Source: Alphaproteobacteria bacterium (GTDB lineage: Bacteria; Pseudomonadota; Alphaproteobacteria; UBA6615). From it: a DNA stretch of 64,000 nt. The notes under the pieces were generated by a model. That model was not told the DNA's origin. It worked only from the letters and a program-made list of their open reading frames with translations, and made no database searches. The stretch is from positions 1-64,000 of the forward strand of contig CBDHEC010000036.1 in the NCBI GenBank assembly GCA_965261975.1, read 5' to 3'. Position numbers and translations under genes: made by a program. Positions 26,630-37,752 of the stretch are shown in pieces. Position 1 is the first letter of the stretch; the number at the start of each line of letters is the position of its first letter.

Positions 26630-28107
26630 TTAGCCGGTCAGCGAGTCAAACACCGTCTGCGTGCTTTCCAGTCCCGATCTGATCTCGTCGATCTTTGCTC
26701 CATCGACATCATTCTCAGGCGTCGGTCCCTTTGCCGCGGCCTCGAGGTCTGCAGCCGCTCGTGACAGCCGGGGGGCGCCGTAGGTGGCGGCAATACCCTT
26801 GATCGCGTGAGCTTCGCGGCCGACCAGATCATGATCGCCGGCTGCAAACGCAGGACCCAGCCTCTCTGTTCTTTGTGCGACTTCTTTTAGGAAAGTTGCG
26901 ATGAGGCGCGGGAATCCTTCGCCTGCAGTCTCGCGTAGTTGCGCGACCACGGTCTCGTCAATCCAGTCTGTCGCGCCGGGGTCCGTATCATCTTGTTCGC
27001 TCGGGGGCTCAGACGCGATGAGCTCGAGGTCCAGCCATGTGCGTACGACTTCGAGCAGTCGCGGCATCGTCACGGGCTTGAGGAGATAGTCCTTCATGCC
27101 GGCCTTCAGGCAGGTCGTTCTGAAACCTGGTGCGGCATTCGCGGTCAGGGCAATGATGGGGGGAAGGTCTGCGTCGGGGTGCTTCTCGATGATTGTCTGG
27201 CTGGCCTCCAAACCGTCCATCTCCGGCATCGAGATATCCATGAGTACCAGGTCGTAGGGGAATCGATCGATCGCCTCGACCGCCTCGGCGCCGTTGCCCA
27301 CCACGTCGACGTCGATCCCGGCTTTCTCGAGATAGGTTCGGAACACCATCTGGTTCGACGGGCTGTCTTCGGCGAGCAACACACGCACGCGGCGGTCGTC
27401 GCGTGTGCGCAGACGCGGGGCCTGACCGGGTTGATCGGTCGAAGCGTTGAGCGCCGGTGCGCCCTTGGCGGTGGGAAGAGGTATCTCGAACCAGAACTCG
27501 CTGCCCAATGGCCCGCGTGAGTCGACGCCGATCTTTCCGTCCATCAACTCGACGAGCGTTTTCGAGATCGCCAGTCCCAGCCCGGTACCTTCGTGCTGGC
27601 GGCTGAGACGGTCATCGACCTGGGTAAATGGCTCGAACAAGTCGGCCCGTTTGTCTTCGGGTATTCCGATACCCGTGTCGACGACATTGAATCTAATGGT
27701 TCCGGCCTTCGCGTCCTCGTCACTTACCCAGACGGTGACGCCGCCGTCGTCGGTGTATTTCACGGCATTGCCGATCAAGTTGATTAGTACCTGGCGAATG
27801 CGCGTGGGGTCGCCGTGAACGAAACGCGCGACGTTCTGGTCAATCACGAGGTCGAACTGGAGGCCCTTTGACTCGGCCCGGAGCATGAACAGCTCCACCG
27901 ATTCATGCGCGAGAGCGTGCAAGTCGAAATCCGAATATTCGAGATCCACATGGCCGGATTCGATCTTGGCCATATCGAGTACATTGTTGATCACGGTCAG
28001 CAATGCCTCGCCCGACTTTCGGGATGTCTCGATGTAGCGGCGCTGTTCTTCGTCCAGTGTCGTCGCGTTCATGAGCGTGAGAGCGCCGAGGACCGCGTTC
28101 AGGGGTG
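26630..28107 (-). pseudogene. Hybrid histidine kinase (HATPase-REC-Hpt), 5' truncated, lacking the H-box His and sensor
   Basis: Homology begins at PLNAVLG with no SHExRT; has NLIGNAVKYT, DTGIG, GTGLGL, receiver MDISMP, Hpt HAIKG. Confidence 0.75.
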
Positions 28108-28110
28108 AGC

Positions 28111-28254
28111 AGCATATTCCGTTCGGCGGACATCCAGCGTTACTACCGGGATGTGAATTCAGGCGCGCAGCAGATATTTCTGAACTGGGATTCCAACGCC
28201 ACGATCTATGGCAAGGTCGCGCTGGGCATCGAGGCCCGCAACGTTCGTTGGTAG
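28111..28254 (+). pseudogene. 3' remnant of an acyl-CoA-dehydrogenase-fold flavin hydroxylase
   Basis: Frame reads SIFRSADIQRYYRDVNSGAQQIFLNWDSNATIYGKVALGIEARNVRW*, resembling the QRxxRD...YG...LG C-terminus of HsaA/C2-type oxygenases; no plausible start. Confidence 0.55.
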
Positions 28255-28357
28255 CCTCAGGCCCACTTCGCCTGTCGGTGAATGACACCATCTCCACCGT
28301 CCCGGGTCGGGTGTGCGTCTCGACGCACATCCAACGTCTTCATTGAACACTCAGTAG

Positions 28358-28477
28358 GTTGGCTGCTCGAACGAAAACACCGTCGCGGGCACCGTCATCA
28401 CGCTGGACGGGGATGACAGCCTGACCCTGATCGGTGTACAGGAAGGCGTCCTTCACGAGGACGACTTCCTGCTGTAG
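28358..28477 (+). pseudogene. 3' remnant of an RTX/type I secreted protein
   Basis: Frame reads ...GTVITLDGDDSLTLIGVQEGVLHEDDFLL*, similar to the C-terminus of the RTX protein at 50248; in-frame stop just upstream. Confidence 0.55.
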
Positions 28478-28530
28478 TCCTGCGGGAACGGACCTATCGG
28501 GCGCATCTTGCGCCGCCGGAGCCCATTTTC

Positions 28531-29292
28531 TTGGAATTTCTGCCCGCCGACATCGACACGACGGCTGCTGCCGCACTTATCGCTGCGACCTTCGTCGGTA
28601 ACGTGATTTCCGCCGCCACCGGGATAGGCGGCGGGATCATCCTCCTCGCCGTTATGGCGAACCTGATGCCGGCTGCCGCGATCATTCCCGTTCACGGGGT
28701 CGTGCAGCTCGGCGGCAACATCTTTCGCGGTACGATCCAACGCGCCCATATCGACTGGCTGACCTTTGCGTGGTTTGCCTTGGGCAGTGTTGCCGGGGTG
28801 GCCGTGGGTGGCAGCATCGTCGTCGCCCTGCCGTCCGATATCCTGCGCGCGGGTCTGGGGTTGTTCATCCTGTACACGGTCTGGGGACCGAAGCTGAAAT
28901 TCGTCAGCGAGGGGAACCTCATCTCGGTCGTGATGGGAGCAGTGTCGAGCGTCCTGACCATGTTCTTCGGCGCGACGGGGCCGTTCGCCATGGCATTGCT
29001 CGCACAGCGCGGCTACACCCCCCAGGGATTGATCGGCAGCCATTCGGCCTGCATGGCCGCCCAGCATGCCCTCAAGATTGTCGCCTTCGGGCTTCTGGGT
29101 TTCGCGTTCGCCGACTGGCTGGGTTTAATCGCCATGCTGCTGATGGCCTCACTCGCGGGCAGCCTGATCGGCAGCTATGCGCTGCGGCATATCCCGGCAG
29201 GCACCTTTGCAAGGGTACTGAAGGGGGTTCTGACCGTGCTGGCGGCGAACCTGCTGGCCGTGGCCTTCGGGCTCTACAGCATCACCGGATAG
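28531..29292 (+). CDS. TauE/SafE (TSUP) family membrane protein
   Basis: TGIGGGIIL, IPVHGVVQLGGN, GATGP; multiple TM helices; TTG start. Confidence 0.85.
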   Translation: MEFLPADIDTTAAAALIAATFVGNVISAATGIGGGIILLAVMANLMPAAAIIPVHGVVQLGGNIFRGTIQRAHIDWLTFAWFALGSVAGVAVGGSIVVALPSDILRAGLGLFILYTVWGPKLKFVSEGNLISVVMGAVSSVLTMFFGATGPFAMALLAQRGYTPQGLIGSHSACMAAQHALKIVAFGLLGFAFADWLGLIAMLLMASLAGSLIGSYALRHIPAGTFARVLKGVLTVLAANLLAVAFGLYSITG

Positions 29293-29426
29293 TCCCGTTT
29301 CGAAGAACGTCCATGTTCCGGGCGTCACAAGTCTTTGATTCCCCGGTCACGGCTCGTCGCTGGTCTGCGCCAGGAATCGCGTGTACGGTTTGTTCAGGTC
29401 AATACTGGCCGGACAGAGGGGTAAAC

Positions 29427-30071
29427 ATGAGTTTAGCAGAGAAGCTCGCGGAGATTAGTGCCGCGGGTGCCAAGCGGATGCCGGAAGAGGTGCGCGCGAC
29501 CATGGGCAAGGCGACCCAGGAGCTGCGTGAATCCGGCATCATGGATACAGTCGTAAAGGTGGGCGACACGCTGCCCGCCTTCAGTCTTCAAAATGCGAAC
29601 GGTGAGATGGTGAATTCCGCCGATCTTCTGTCGAAGGGGGCCGTTGTACTGACGGTGTTCCGCGGCCACTGGTGACCCTATTGCAATGCAGAGCTGTATG
29701 CTTTGCGCGATATCGTACCTGCCCTCGACGAAGCCGGCGCCACGTTGGTCGCCATCACCCCTCAGCTCGTCGAGCACAATAAGGCCATGACCGAAAAACA
29801 TGGTCTGAATTTCGAAATGCTTTCCGACCCGGGTAACTCCTACCTGGCCGAGTTGGGTCTCAAGTTCGAGATCCCGGCCGCGGTCAAGGAGATCTACCAG
29901 GGTTTCGGGCTCGATATTCCGGGCACCAACGGCGACGACAGCTGGACGCTGCCGATGCCGGGCCGGATTGTCGTCGATTCAAGCGGCGTTGTCCGTGCGA
30001 CCGACATCGACCCGAACTATGCCTCCCGGCCGGAGCCGGAGAAGACGCTGGCGGACGTTCAGGCGCTCTAG
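29427..30071 (+). CDS. AhpC/TSA-family peroxiredoxin-like selenoprotein (Sec at TGA 29673-29675, residue 83)
   Basis: Two ORF-track pieces are in the same frame; joined motif VFRGHW-U-PYCNAEL matches the family WCPYC; SECIS-like hairpin follows; GAGGGG RBS. Confidence 0.88.
29688..29706 (+). promoter_or_regulatory. Bacterial SECIS-like element
   Basis: GCAGAGC-UGUAU-GCUUUGC stem-loop starting 12 nt after UGA, with G at loop position 2. Confidence 0.65.
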
Positions 30072-30101
30072 CCGAACCGACAGCTTTTCGAAGTGTAACG
30101 G

Positions 30102-30140
30102 AACCCCATCCGCGATCTGCCGCGGGTGGGGTTTTGTTTT
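30102..30140 (+). terminator. Rho-independent terminator
   Basis: AACCCCATCCGCG-ATCTGC-CGCGGGTGGGGTT then TTGTTTT. Confidence 0.75.
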
Positions 30141-30174
30141 GCCTGTGCTACGATTTCGGCACGGGAGATGCATC

Positions 30175-31878
<1,704 letters not shown>

Positions 31879-31884
31879 GCGGTC

Positions 31885-32535
31885 TTACTGCACCGGCTTA
31901 TTCGGGTGGGCCACGTCGGGCTGGATGTACGGCGCCTTCATTTCATAGATATCGTGGGTCCGGCAGTAGCGCGGGCCGCCGAGGCGGCCGACGGGGTGGA
32001 GCGTGTGGGGATTGACGTATTTGTCGTCCAGCATCAGGTCTTCGCGCACGTGCCAGCGCAGCACCCGGCCGATCACCAGGTCGGTGACCCACTCATCGCC
32101 GAATTTGAGTACCTGCTCGAAGGTGCATTCCATGGCGACGGGGCAATCCTTGATGCGCGGGGCATCTACCAGGTCCGACGGCACGGTCTCCAGGCCGATC
32201 TCCGCGAACTCGTCCTGGTCGGCCTCGTAGTTGGCCGAGCTGGCGTTCATGGATTCCGCGAAGTCGTCGGTCACCGTATGGACCACGAAGCCCTTGGTGG
32301 CCTGGACGTTCGCCGAAGTGTGCTTGGGCGCATGGGTCTTCTCGCTCACGGCCATGGAGACAAGCGGCGGGTAGTGCGACACGATGGAGAAGAAGGAAAA
32401 CGGCGCCAGGTTGGGCACGCCGTTTTCGTCGATGGAGCTGACCCAGGCGATCGGGCGGGGCACGATCGAGCCGATCAGCAGCCGATAGCATTGCTGGTGG
32501 TCGATCTCGTCGGTGTTGAAAATCCTGTAGTCCAT
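31885..32535 (-). CDS. Flavin reductase-like (DIM6/NTAB) protein
   Basis: VPRPIAWVSS, NLAPFSFF, VGRLGG. Confidence 0.88.
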   Translation of the reverse strand: MDYRIFNTDEIDHQQCYRLLIGSIVPRPIAWVSSIDENGVPNLAPFSFFSIVSHYPPLVSMAVSEKTHAPKHTSANVQATKGFVVHTVTDDFAESMNASSANYEADQDEFAEIGLETVPSDLVDAPRIKDCPVAMECTFEQVLKFGDEWVTDLVIGRVLRWHVREDLMLDDKYVNPHTLHPVGRLGGPRYCRTHDIYEMKAPYIQPDVAHPNKPVQ

Positions 32536-32628
32536 CACTCTCTCCTGAGGGCCTCTGCATAAGAGGCCAGTTCGCATTGCCGTGACCCGAGCTTTGCACG
32601 TGTGCGCCCATGGTGTAAGCCCCGCGGC

Positions 32629-33222
32629 ATGTCCGATACGCCGACCGATTCCCTGTCTCTGACCGACCGCACCGCGCTGCCCGAGGGCTATGCGTTCTTG
32701 CTGGCGGAATACCCGCGTCCGGTCTGGGACGGGCACCCGAACAATGGTCAGTGGTGCCAGTTCTGGCTGCAGCGTCACCAGATGTTCCGGGATTATTCGG
32801 CCGCACTGACCGACGCCTGCGAACAGCTCGCCGACGGCAAGGTCGAGGCGGCGGCGTTTCACGAATGGTTCGTGCCGCGGGTCAATTTCTACTTCGGCGA
32901 GATCGATACCCACCACAAGGTCGAGGAGTATCACTATTTCCCGGCGCTCGCGCAGGCCGACATCAAGATGGCCCGCGGGATCGAGCTGCTCGAGGGCGAC
33001 CACAAAGTGGTGCATGACCGGCTGATGGCCGCGCACGGCGCGGTCGTGGCACTGGATGGGGCGATCCGCGAGGCGCCCGCCGATATTGCCTCGGCGGCGC
33101 CCGCCGCACGGGACGGGATCGACGCGCTGGGGACGGGGCTGGCGCGTCACCTCGATGACGAGGAGGACATCATTGTGCCGCTGATCCTCGACCGTTCCGA
33201 GCCGGTGCTCGGGATCGGGTAG
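32629..33222 (+). CDS. Hemerythrin-domain protein
   Basis: WLQRHQMFR, HHKVEEYHYFP, LEGDH, HLDDEE. Confidence 0.82.
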   Translation: MSDTPTDSLSLTDRTALPEGYAFLLAEYPRPVWDGHPNNGQWCQFWLQRHQMFRDYSAALTDACEQLADGKVEAAAFHEWFVPRVNFYFGEIDTHHKVEEYHYFPALAQADIKMARGIELLEGDHKVVHDRLMAAHGAVVALDGAIREAPADIASAAPAARDGIDALGTGLARHLDDEEDIIVPLILDRSEPVLGIG

Positions 33223-33225
33223 GGG

Positions 33226-34674
33226 CTATTCCAGCCGGTTGAGGCCGTCGAAGGCGGCCGTCTTGTAGCATTCGGCCAGGGTCGGGTAGTTGAACACCGT
33301 ATCGACGAAATAGTCGATCGTGCCGCTGTGGGCCATCAAGGCCTGGCCGATATGGATGAGTTCCGAGGCACCTTCGCCCAGGATGCTCACACCCAGAATT
33401 TCGCGGGTCTCGACGTGGAACAGGATCTTCAGCATGCCGGTCGCATCGCCGATGATCTGGCCGCGGGAGATTTCCTTGTAAAACGCCTTGCCCACCTCGT
33501 AGGGCACCCCTTTGGCTGTGAGTTCCTCTTCGTTGGCACCCACCACCGAGATTTCCGGGATCGTATAGATGCCGTAGGGGAAGAGTTGGGCGACGCCGGA
33601 CACCGACGCATCGAAGGCGTGGCAGGCGGCGAGGCGGCCCTGTTCCATGGATGTTGACGCGAGGCTGGGAAAGCCGATGACATCGCCGGCGGCGAAGATG
33701 TTGGGGACATTGGTGCGGTAGTTCGCGTCTACCGTCAGGCGGCCGCGTTCGTCGGCGTCGAGGCCGGCGGCATCGAGATTGAGCGCGCCGGTCGCGCCGG
33801 TGCGCCCGACGCTGTAGAGCGCCTTGGCGGCCACGACCTGTTTGCCGCTTTCCAGCACCACGCGCACATGCGCGCCATTGGCGCCGTCCTCACGGGCGAT
33901 GGATTCGACGCCTTCGCCCAGGCGCAGGGTGACGCGGTTCTGGCGCATCAGGTAGGCCAGCGCGTCGGTGATCTCGCCATCCACGAAGTCGAGCAGTCGC
34001 GGGCGCTTGTCGATCAGGGTCACGCGCACGCCGAGTGTGGCAAAGATGGTGGCGTATTCCAGCCCGATGACCCCGGCGCCGATGACGACGAGAGTGCGAG
34101 GCAACTCCTCCAGATCGAGGATGTCGTCGCTGGTGAAAATGGTTTGGCCGTCGAACGGGATATCGGAAGACCGGGTCGTCTCGGTGCCCACGGCGATGAC
34201 GATCCTGTCCGCGGTCACCGCGCGCTGGCCGCGACCGTCGAAATAGTCGAGGCGAACGGTGTTGGCATCGGCGAAGGTCGCCGTCGCCTCGATCACCAGC
34301 ACGCCGTTGCGGCGCAGTTGGTGGTGGGTGACGTCGATCTCGTTGCGGATCACATGGTCGGCGCGGAACAGCAGGTCCGACATGGCGATATCCTGCTTCA
34401 CCACATAGGACGCGCCATACACGTTGCGCTCGCGGTAGCCCGACAGGTGCATGGCGGGCTCGCGCAGGGTCTTGGACGGGATGGTGCCGGTGTTGATACA
34501 CACCCCGCCCACGACGGCACGGCGCTCGATGATGGCGGCCCTCTTGCCCAGCTTGGCGGCCTGGATCGCGGCGCGCTGACCGGCCGGCCCCGACCCCATG
34601 ACGATCAGGTCGAAATCATGACCCTTGCCGGTCGTCGATTGGCCGGCAAGCTCCGGTGTCGTCTGGTCGAGCAT
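33226..34674 (-). CDS. sthA: Soluble (Si-specific) pyridine nucleotide transhydrogenase
   Basis: GSGPAG, GGVCINTGTIPSK (CxxxxT), GIYTIPEIS, FNYPTLAECYK. Confidence 0.92.
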   Translation of the reverse strand: MLDQTTPELAGQSTTGKGHDFDLIVMGSGPAGQRAAIQAAKLGKRAAIIERRAVVGGVCINTGTIPSKTLREPAMHLSGYRERNVYGASYVVKQDIAMSDLLFRADHVIRNEIDVTHHQLRRNGVLVIEATATFADANTVRLDYFDGRGQRAVTADRIVIAVGTETTRSSDIPFDGQTIFTSDDILDLEELPRTLVVIGAGVIGLEYATIFATLGVRVTLIDKRPRLLDFVDGEITDALAYLMRQNRVTLRLGEGVESIAREDGANGAHVRVVLESGKQVVAAKALYSVGRTGATGALNLDAAGLDADERGRLTVDANYRTNVPNIFAAGDVIGFPSLASTSMEQGRLAACHAFDASVSGVAQLFPYGIYTIPEISVVGANEEELTAKGVPYEVGKAFYKEISRGQIIGDATGMLKILFHVETREILGVSILGEGASELIHIGQALMAHSGTIDYFVDTVFNYPTLAECYKTAAFDGLNRLE

Positions 34675-34780
34675 GTGCGTTCCCCGTTTCAAACGGCGCG
34701 CAGGCGCCGGACAGGGGACCAGAATCGCCTGTTTTGGTTAAGAAACCCTTGGTTGTGTGCAGATACCGCCGGGACGTTAC

Positions 34781-35602
34781 CTATCCCGGCTCGCGTTCGC
34801 CTCGCAAATAGACGAGCCAGTACACCAAGGCGACGAAAACGCTGCCGCCGATGATGTTGCCGATTGTGACCGAAACCAAGTTTGCGGCTATCGCGCCGAA
34901 CGCGACCCCTTCGGCGCCGAGCAGCCAGCCCAGCGGCCGGAGGTACATGTTTGCGACCGAATGCTCGAAGCCGAGAGCCACAAAGGCGGTAATCGGGAAA
35001 ACGATTGCCAGGATCTTGCCGGTGACGCGATGTGCGCTCATGGACAACCAGACCGCGAGGCAGACCAGCGCATTGCACAGAATGGCGCGCACGAAGGCCT
35101 CGAACCAGGTCGTGGAAACCTTGCCGGTCGCTATTGTAACGGCGGTCTCGGCGACCGCCCCGTCACCCAGGTCGAGGGTGCCGGACCAGAAGACCATGAC
35201 CGCTGTTGCCCCGGCGCCCACGAAGTTTGCGATATAGACGATCCCCCAGTTTCGCAAAAGTTTCCCGGTCGTGACCTTCCGGTCTGCCCAGGCCATGACG
35301 ATCAGGTTGTTTCCGGTAAACAGTTCCGCACCGGCGATGATCACCAGGATCAGTCCCAGTGAGAATACGAGACCGCCGATCAGGCGGGTCGGCCCGAATC
35401 CGAGCGTGCTGCCGGTGATCGAGAGCGTGAAGAACATCGCACCAAACGCGATGAAGGCGCCGGCGAGAATGCCGAGCACGACCAGCGGCAGCAGCGGAAG
35501 GTTCGCCTTCCGGACCCCGATGTTCTCGACCAGATGGGCGATTTCGGCAGGCGCATAAGGGTCGCGGCCGGTGTTTGGGGTTTCAGGCGTGATGCTCGTC
35601 AT
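34781..35602 (-). CDS. Formate/nitrite transporter (FNT) family channel
   Basis: LAGAFIAFG, GAELFTGN, GFEHSVANM, VTIGNIIGG. Confidence 0.92.
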   Translation of the reverse strand: MTSITPETPNTGRDPYAPAEIAHLVENIGVRKANLPLLPLVVLGILAGAFIAFGAMFFTLSITGSTLGFGPTRLIGGLVFSLGLILVIIAGAELFTGNNLIVMAWADRKVTTGKLLRNWGIVYIANFVGAGATAVMVFWSGTLDLGDGAVAETAVTIATGKVSTTWFEAFVRAILCNALVCLAVWLSMSAHRVTGKILAIVFPITAFVALGFEHSVANMYLRPLGWLLGAEGVAFGAIAANLVSVTIGNIIGGSVFVALVYWLVYLRGEREPG

Positions 35603-35636
35603 GGCGCAATCCTAGCGCGGCACCATGCATGGTCGT

Positions 35637-35650
35637 CTGACCTCGATCAA
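35637..35650 (-). promoter_or_regulatory. FNR/FixK-like box centred 41.5 nt upstream of FNT start
   Basis: Minus strand TTGAT-CGAG-GTCAG; -10 TAGGAT at 35614-35609. Confidence 0.5.
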
Positions 35651-35675
35651 ACCCTGGTTCCGATATGGCGGCAGG

Positions 35676-36881
35676 TCAGTCCAGCGCGTTTGCCGCGCGA
35701 AGGCCGGCGATCATCGACGATCCCATCATGAAGCCGTAGCTTTTTTGCGGGTTCTCGGCGGTCGCGCGCATCTCGTCCTGGTTCTTGAGGCGTTCGGCGG
35801 GGTCTTTCTCGGCGATGAACTTGGTATTCCGGATCGTCTGCAGGCGAACATCCTCCAGCGCGACGTGACGGCGTTGGCGGGTGTAGCGGTCGAGAATGTC
35901 TTCGTCGGCCTCGCCACGCCAGATCTGTCCCATCTTCTCGGCGAAGTTGACCGCGTCATGGACGCCGGAATTCATGCCCATGCCGCCCATGGGCGAATTG
36001 ATGTGGGCGGCATCGCCGCCGATGATCATTCGCCCCTTGCGGAAATCCTCCGCGACCCGCTGGTGGATCGCCCAGATGTTCCGGTGCAGTTCGACGACAG
36101 CGCCGGACTTGCCGAAGAAGGCGGCCATGCGGGCCTCGGCCACATCGTCGCGCACCGCCACGTCATCAGCCTCGCCCTCGCGGGCCGAGAAGGTAACGCG
36201 CCAGTATTCCGGCAGGTGCAGGATTACGCACCATTCGTCGGGGTCGGAGATATAGGCGACCCCGGCGATATCGGGCATGGCTTCGCTGACGTCGAAAGTC
36301 GTGCCGTACTGGACGACTTTTTCATCGTAGGTGAAGCCGTCGAAGCCGACACCCAGGGATTTCCGAATGCTGGAGCGCGAGCCGTCGGCGCCGAACACGT
36401 ACCGGCCGTCGAAGCTCTCCTCGCCGTCGGGTGTTCGTGCGCGCACGGAAACGCTGTCGCCATCCTGGGTTGCGCCCAGCACCTCATGGGAGAAGCGCAC
36501 GTCGACGTTGGGATGGGCTTCGAGCTTGCCGTAGAGGGCGCGGTTCAGCTCCATCTGCTCGCATTGCACACGGTAGGGGTATTTCGTCTCGTCCTTCAGG
36601 GCGGCCAGATCGAATTCGGCGACGACGCCGGTGTGCCGGTCGCGGAACTGCCAGACCGGGGTGATCCGCCCGTCGTTGAGCACCGCATCGACCATGCCGA
36701 GTGCGTCGAGATATTCCAGCGTCGGCGGGTGGAAGGTCGTCGCGCGACGGTGATCCTGCGGTGCGTCCTGCTGCTCCAGCAGCAGCACCGGAATATCCTG
36801 GTTGGCGAGTGATAGTGCGGCAATCAACCCGGTCGGGCCGCCACCGGCGACGATGATCCGGTCGTTAGGGTCTGTGGACAT
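35676..36881 (-). CDS. FAD-dependent monooxygenase (MhpA/PheA-like)
   Basis: VAGGGPTG, FGADG, GDAAHINSPMGGMGMNSG. Confidence 0.9.
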   Translation of the reverse strand: MSTDPNDRIIVAGGGPTGLIAALSLANQDIPVLLLEQQDAPQDHRRATTFHPPTLEYLDALGMVDAVLNDGRITPVWQFRDRHTGVVAEFDLAALKDETKYPYRVQCEQMELNRALYGKLEAHPNVDVRFSHEVLGATQDGDSVSVRARTPDGEESFDGRYVFGADGSRSSIRKSLGVGFDGFTYDEKVVQYGTTFDVSEAMPDIAGVAYISDPDEWCVILHLPEYWRVTFSAREGEADDVAVRDDVAEARMAAFFGKSGAVVELHRNIWAIHQRVAEDFRKGRMIIGGDAAHINSPMGGMGMNSGVHDAVNFAEKMGQIWRGEADEDILDRYTRQRRHVALEDVRLQTIRNTKFIAEKDPAERLKNQDEMRATAENPQKSYGFMMGSSMIAGLRAANALD

Positions 36882-36996
36882 GCATGTGCACCGCGAAAGT
36901 TTGATCGATGCGTAATTGTTACGCGATTGCCGGGTTTCGTAAAAGCTCGTGGGGTGCTGCTTGACCCCGGTGTTTCACACCGTCAAACTCAATTTC

Positions 36997-37752
36997 ATGA
37001 GTATGAATGATGGCGTGAAGACAGCGGTACGCACGGTCAACCTGTTCGAGGCATTTTCGCGTCGCAAGGGGCCGATGACCCTGACCCAGATATCGGAGGC
37101 CCTGTCGGCGCCGATCAGCAGCTGCCACGGTCTGGTCCGGACGCTCAGCGCCAAGGGGTATCTCTACACGTCTGAACGAAACCGGGCGATTTACCCGACC
37201 AAGCGCCTGCTTGAGGTCGCCAACACGATTGCCGCCCATGACCCGGTGCTGGAAAGCATTGTCCCGCAGCTTGAAGTGCTGCGCGACGAGACCAACGAAA
37301 CCATCCTGCTCGGTCGCCGCCAGGGGGAGACGATCCTTTATCTGGATGTGATCGAGGGCGGCCAAACGTTGCGCTATTCCGCAGGCGCGGGCGATATCAA
37401 GCCGATGCATTCGAGTGCCATCGGCAAGGCGTTTCTCGGCCGCCTGGACGATGCCGAACGCGCCGCGCTGGTGGCTCGCTTGCCCCTCGATCTGCACACG
37501 CCCAACACGATCACCGAGCGCGCGACACTGGAAGCGGATTTGGCGGAGGGAATTGCCAAGGGTTACTTCGTGACCCGTGGCGAGAATGTCGTCGATGTGA
37601 TGGGGCTGGCGACCACGGCGGATGTCTATGGCGAGGCCATGGGCATTGCGGTCGCGGGGCCGCTCGTGCGGATGGAGGCGGGCGAGATCGAGCTCGCCGC
37701 ACAGCTCCTGGCCGCGAAAGCGCGGCTCGAGGCTCTCGGAGACAGTTCATGA
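36997..37752 (+). CDS. IclR family transcriptional regulator
   Basis: N-terminal HTH, PMHSSAIGKAFL, GIAVAGP; start 36997 or 37003. Confidence 0.88.
   Translation: MSMNDGVKTAVRTVNLFEAFSRRKGPMTLTQISEALSAPISSCHGLVRTLSAKGYLYTSERNRAIYPTKRLLEVANTIAAHDPVLESIVPQLEVLRDETNETILLGRRQGETILYLDVIEGGQTLRYSAGAGDIKPMHSSAIGKAFLGRLDDAERAALVARLPLDLHTPNTITERATLEADLAEGIAKGYFVTRGENVVDVMGLATTADVYGEAMGIAVAGPLVRMEAGEIELAAQLLAAKARLEALGDSS

Noticed and set aside
24450-28530. attL/attR duplication of the tRNA 3' end
   Set aside because: No convincing second copy seen; only a weak TCCTGC match near 28478, and no integrase
28770-29426. 301-aa ORF starting at 28770 as a real gene
   Set aside because: The upstream part overlaps the TauE gene out of frame; only the portion from ATG 29427 is the selenoprotein N-terminus
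30157-30172. Sigma54 -24/-12 motif CGGCAC-N5-ATGC
   Set aside because: The implied TSS would fall inside the CDS starting at 30175
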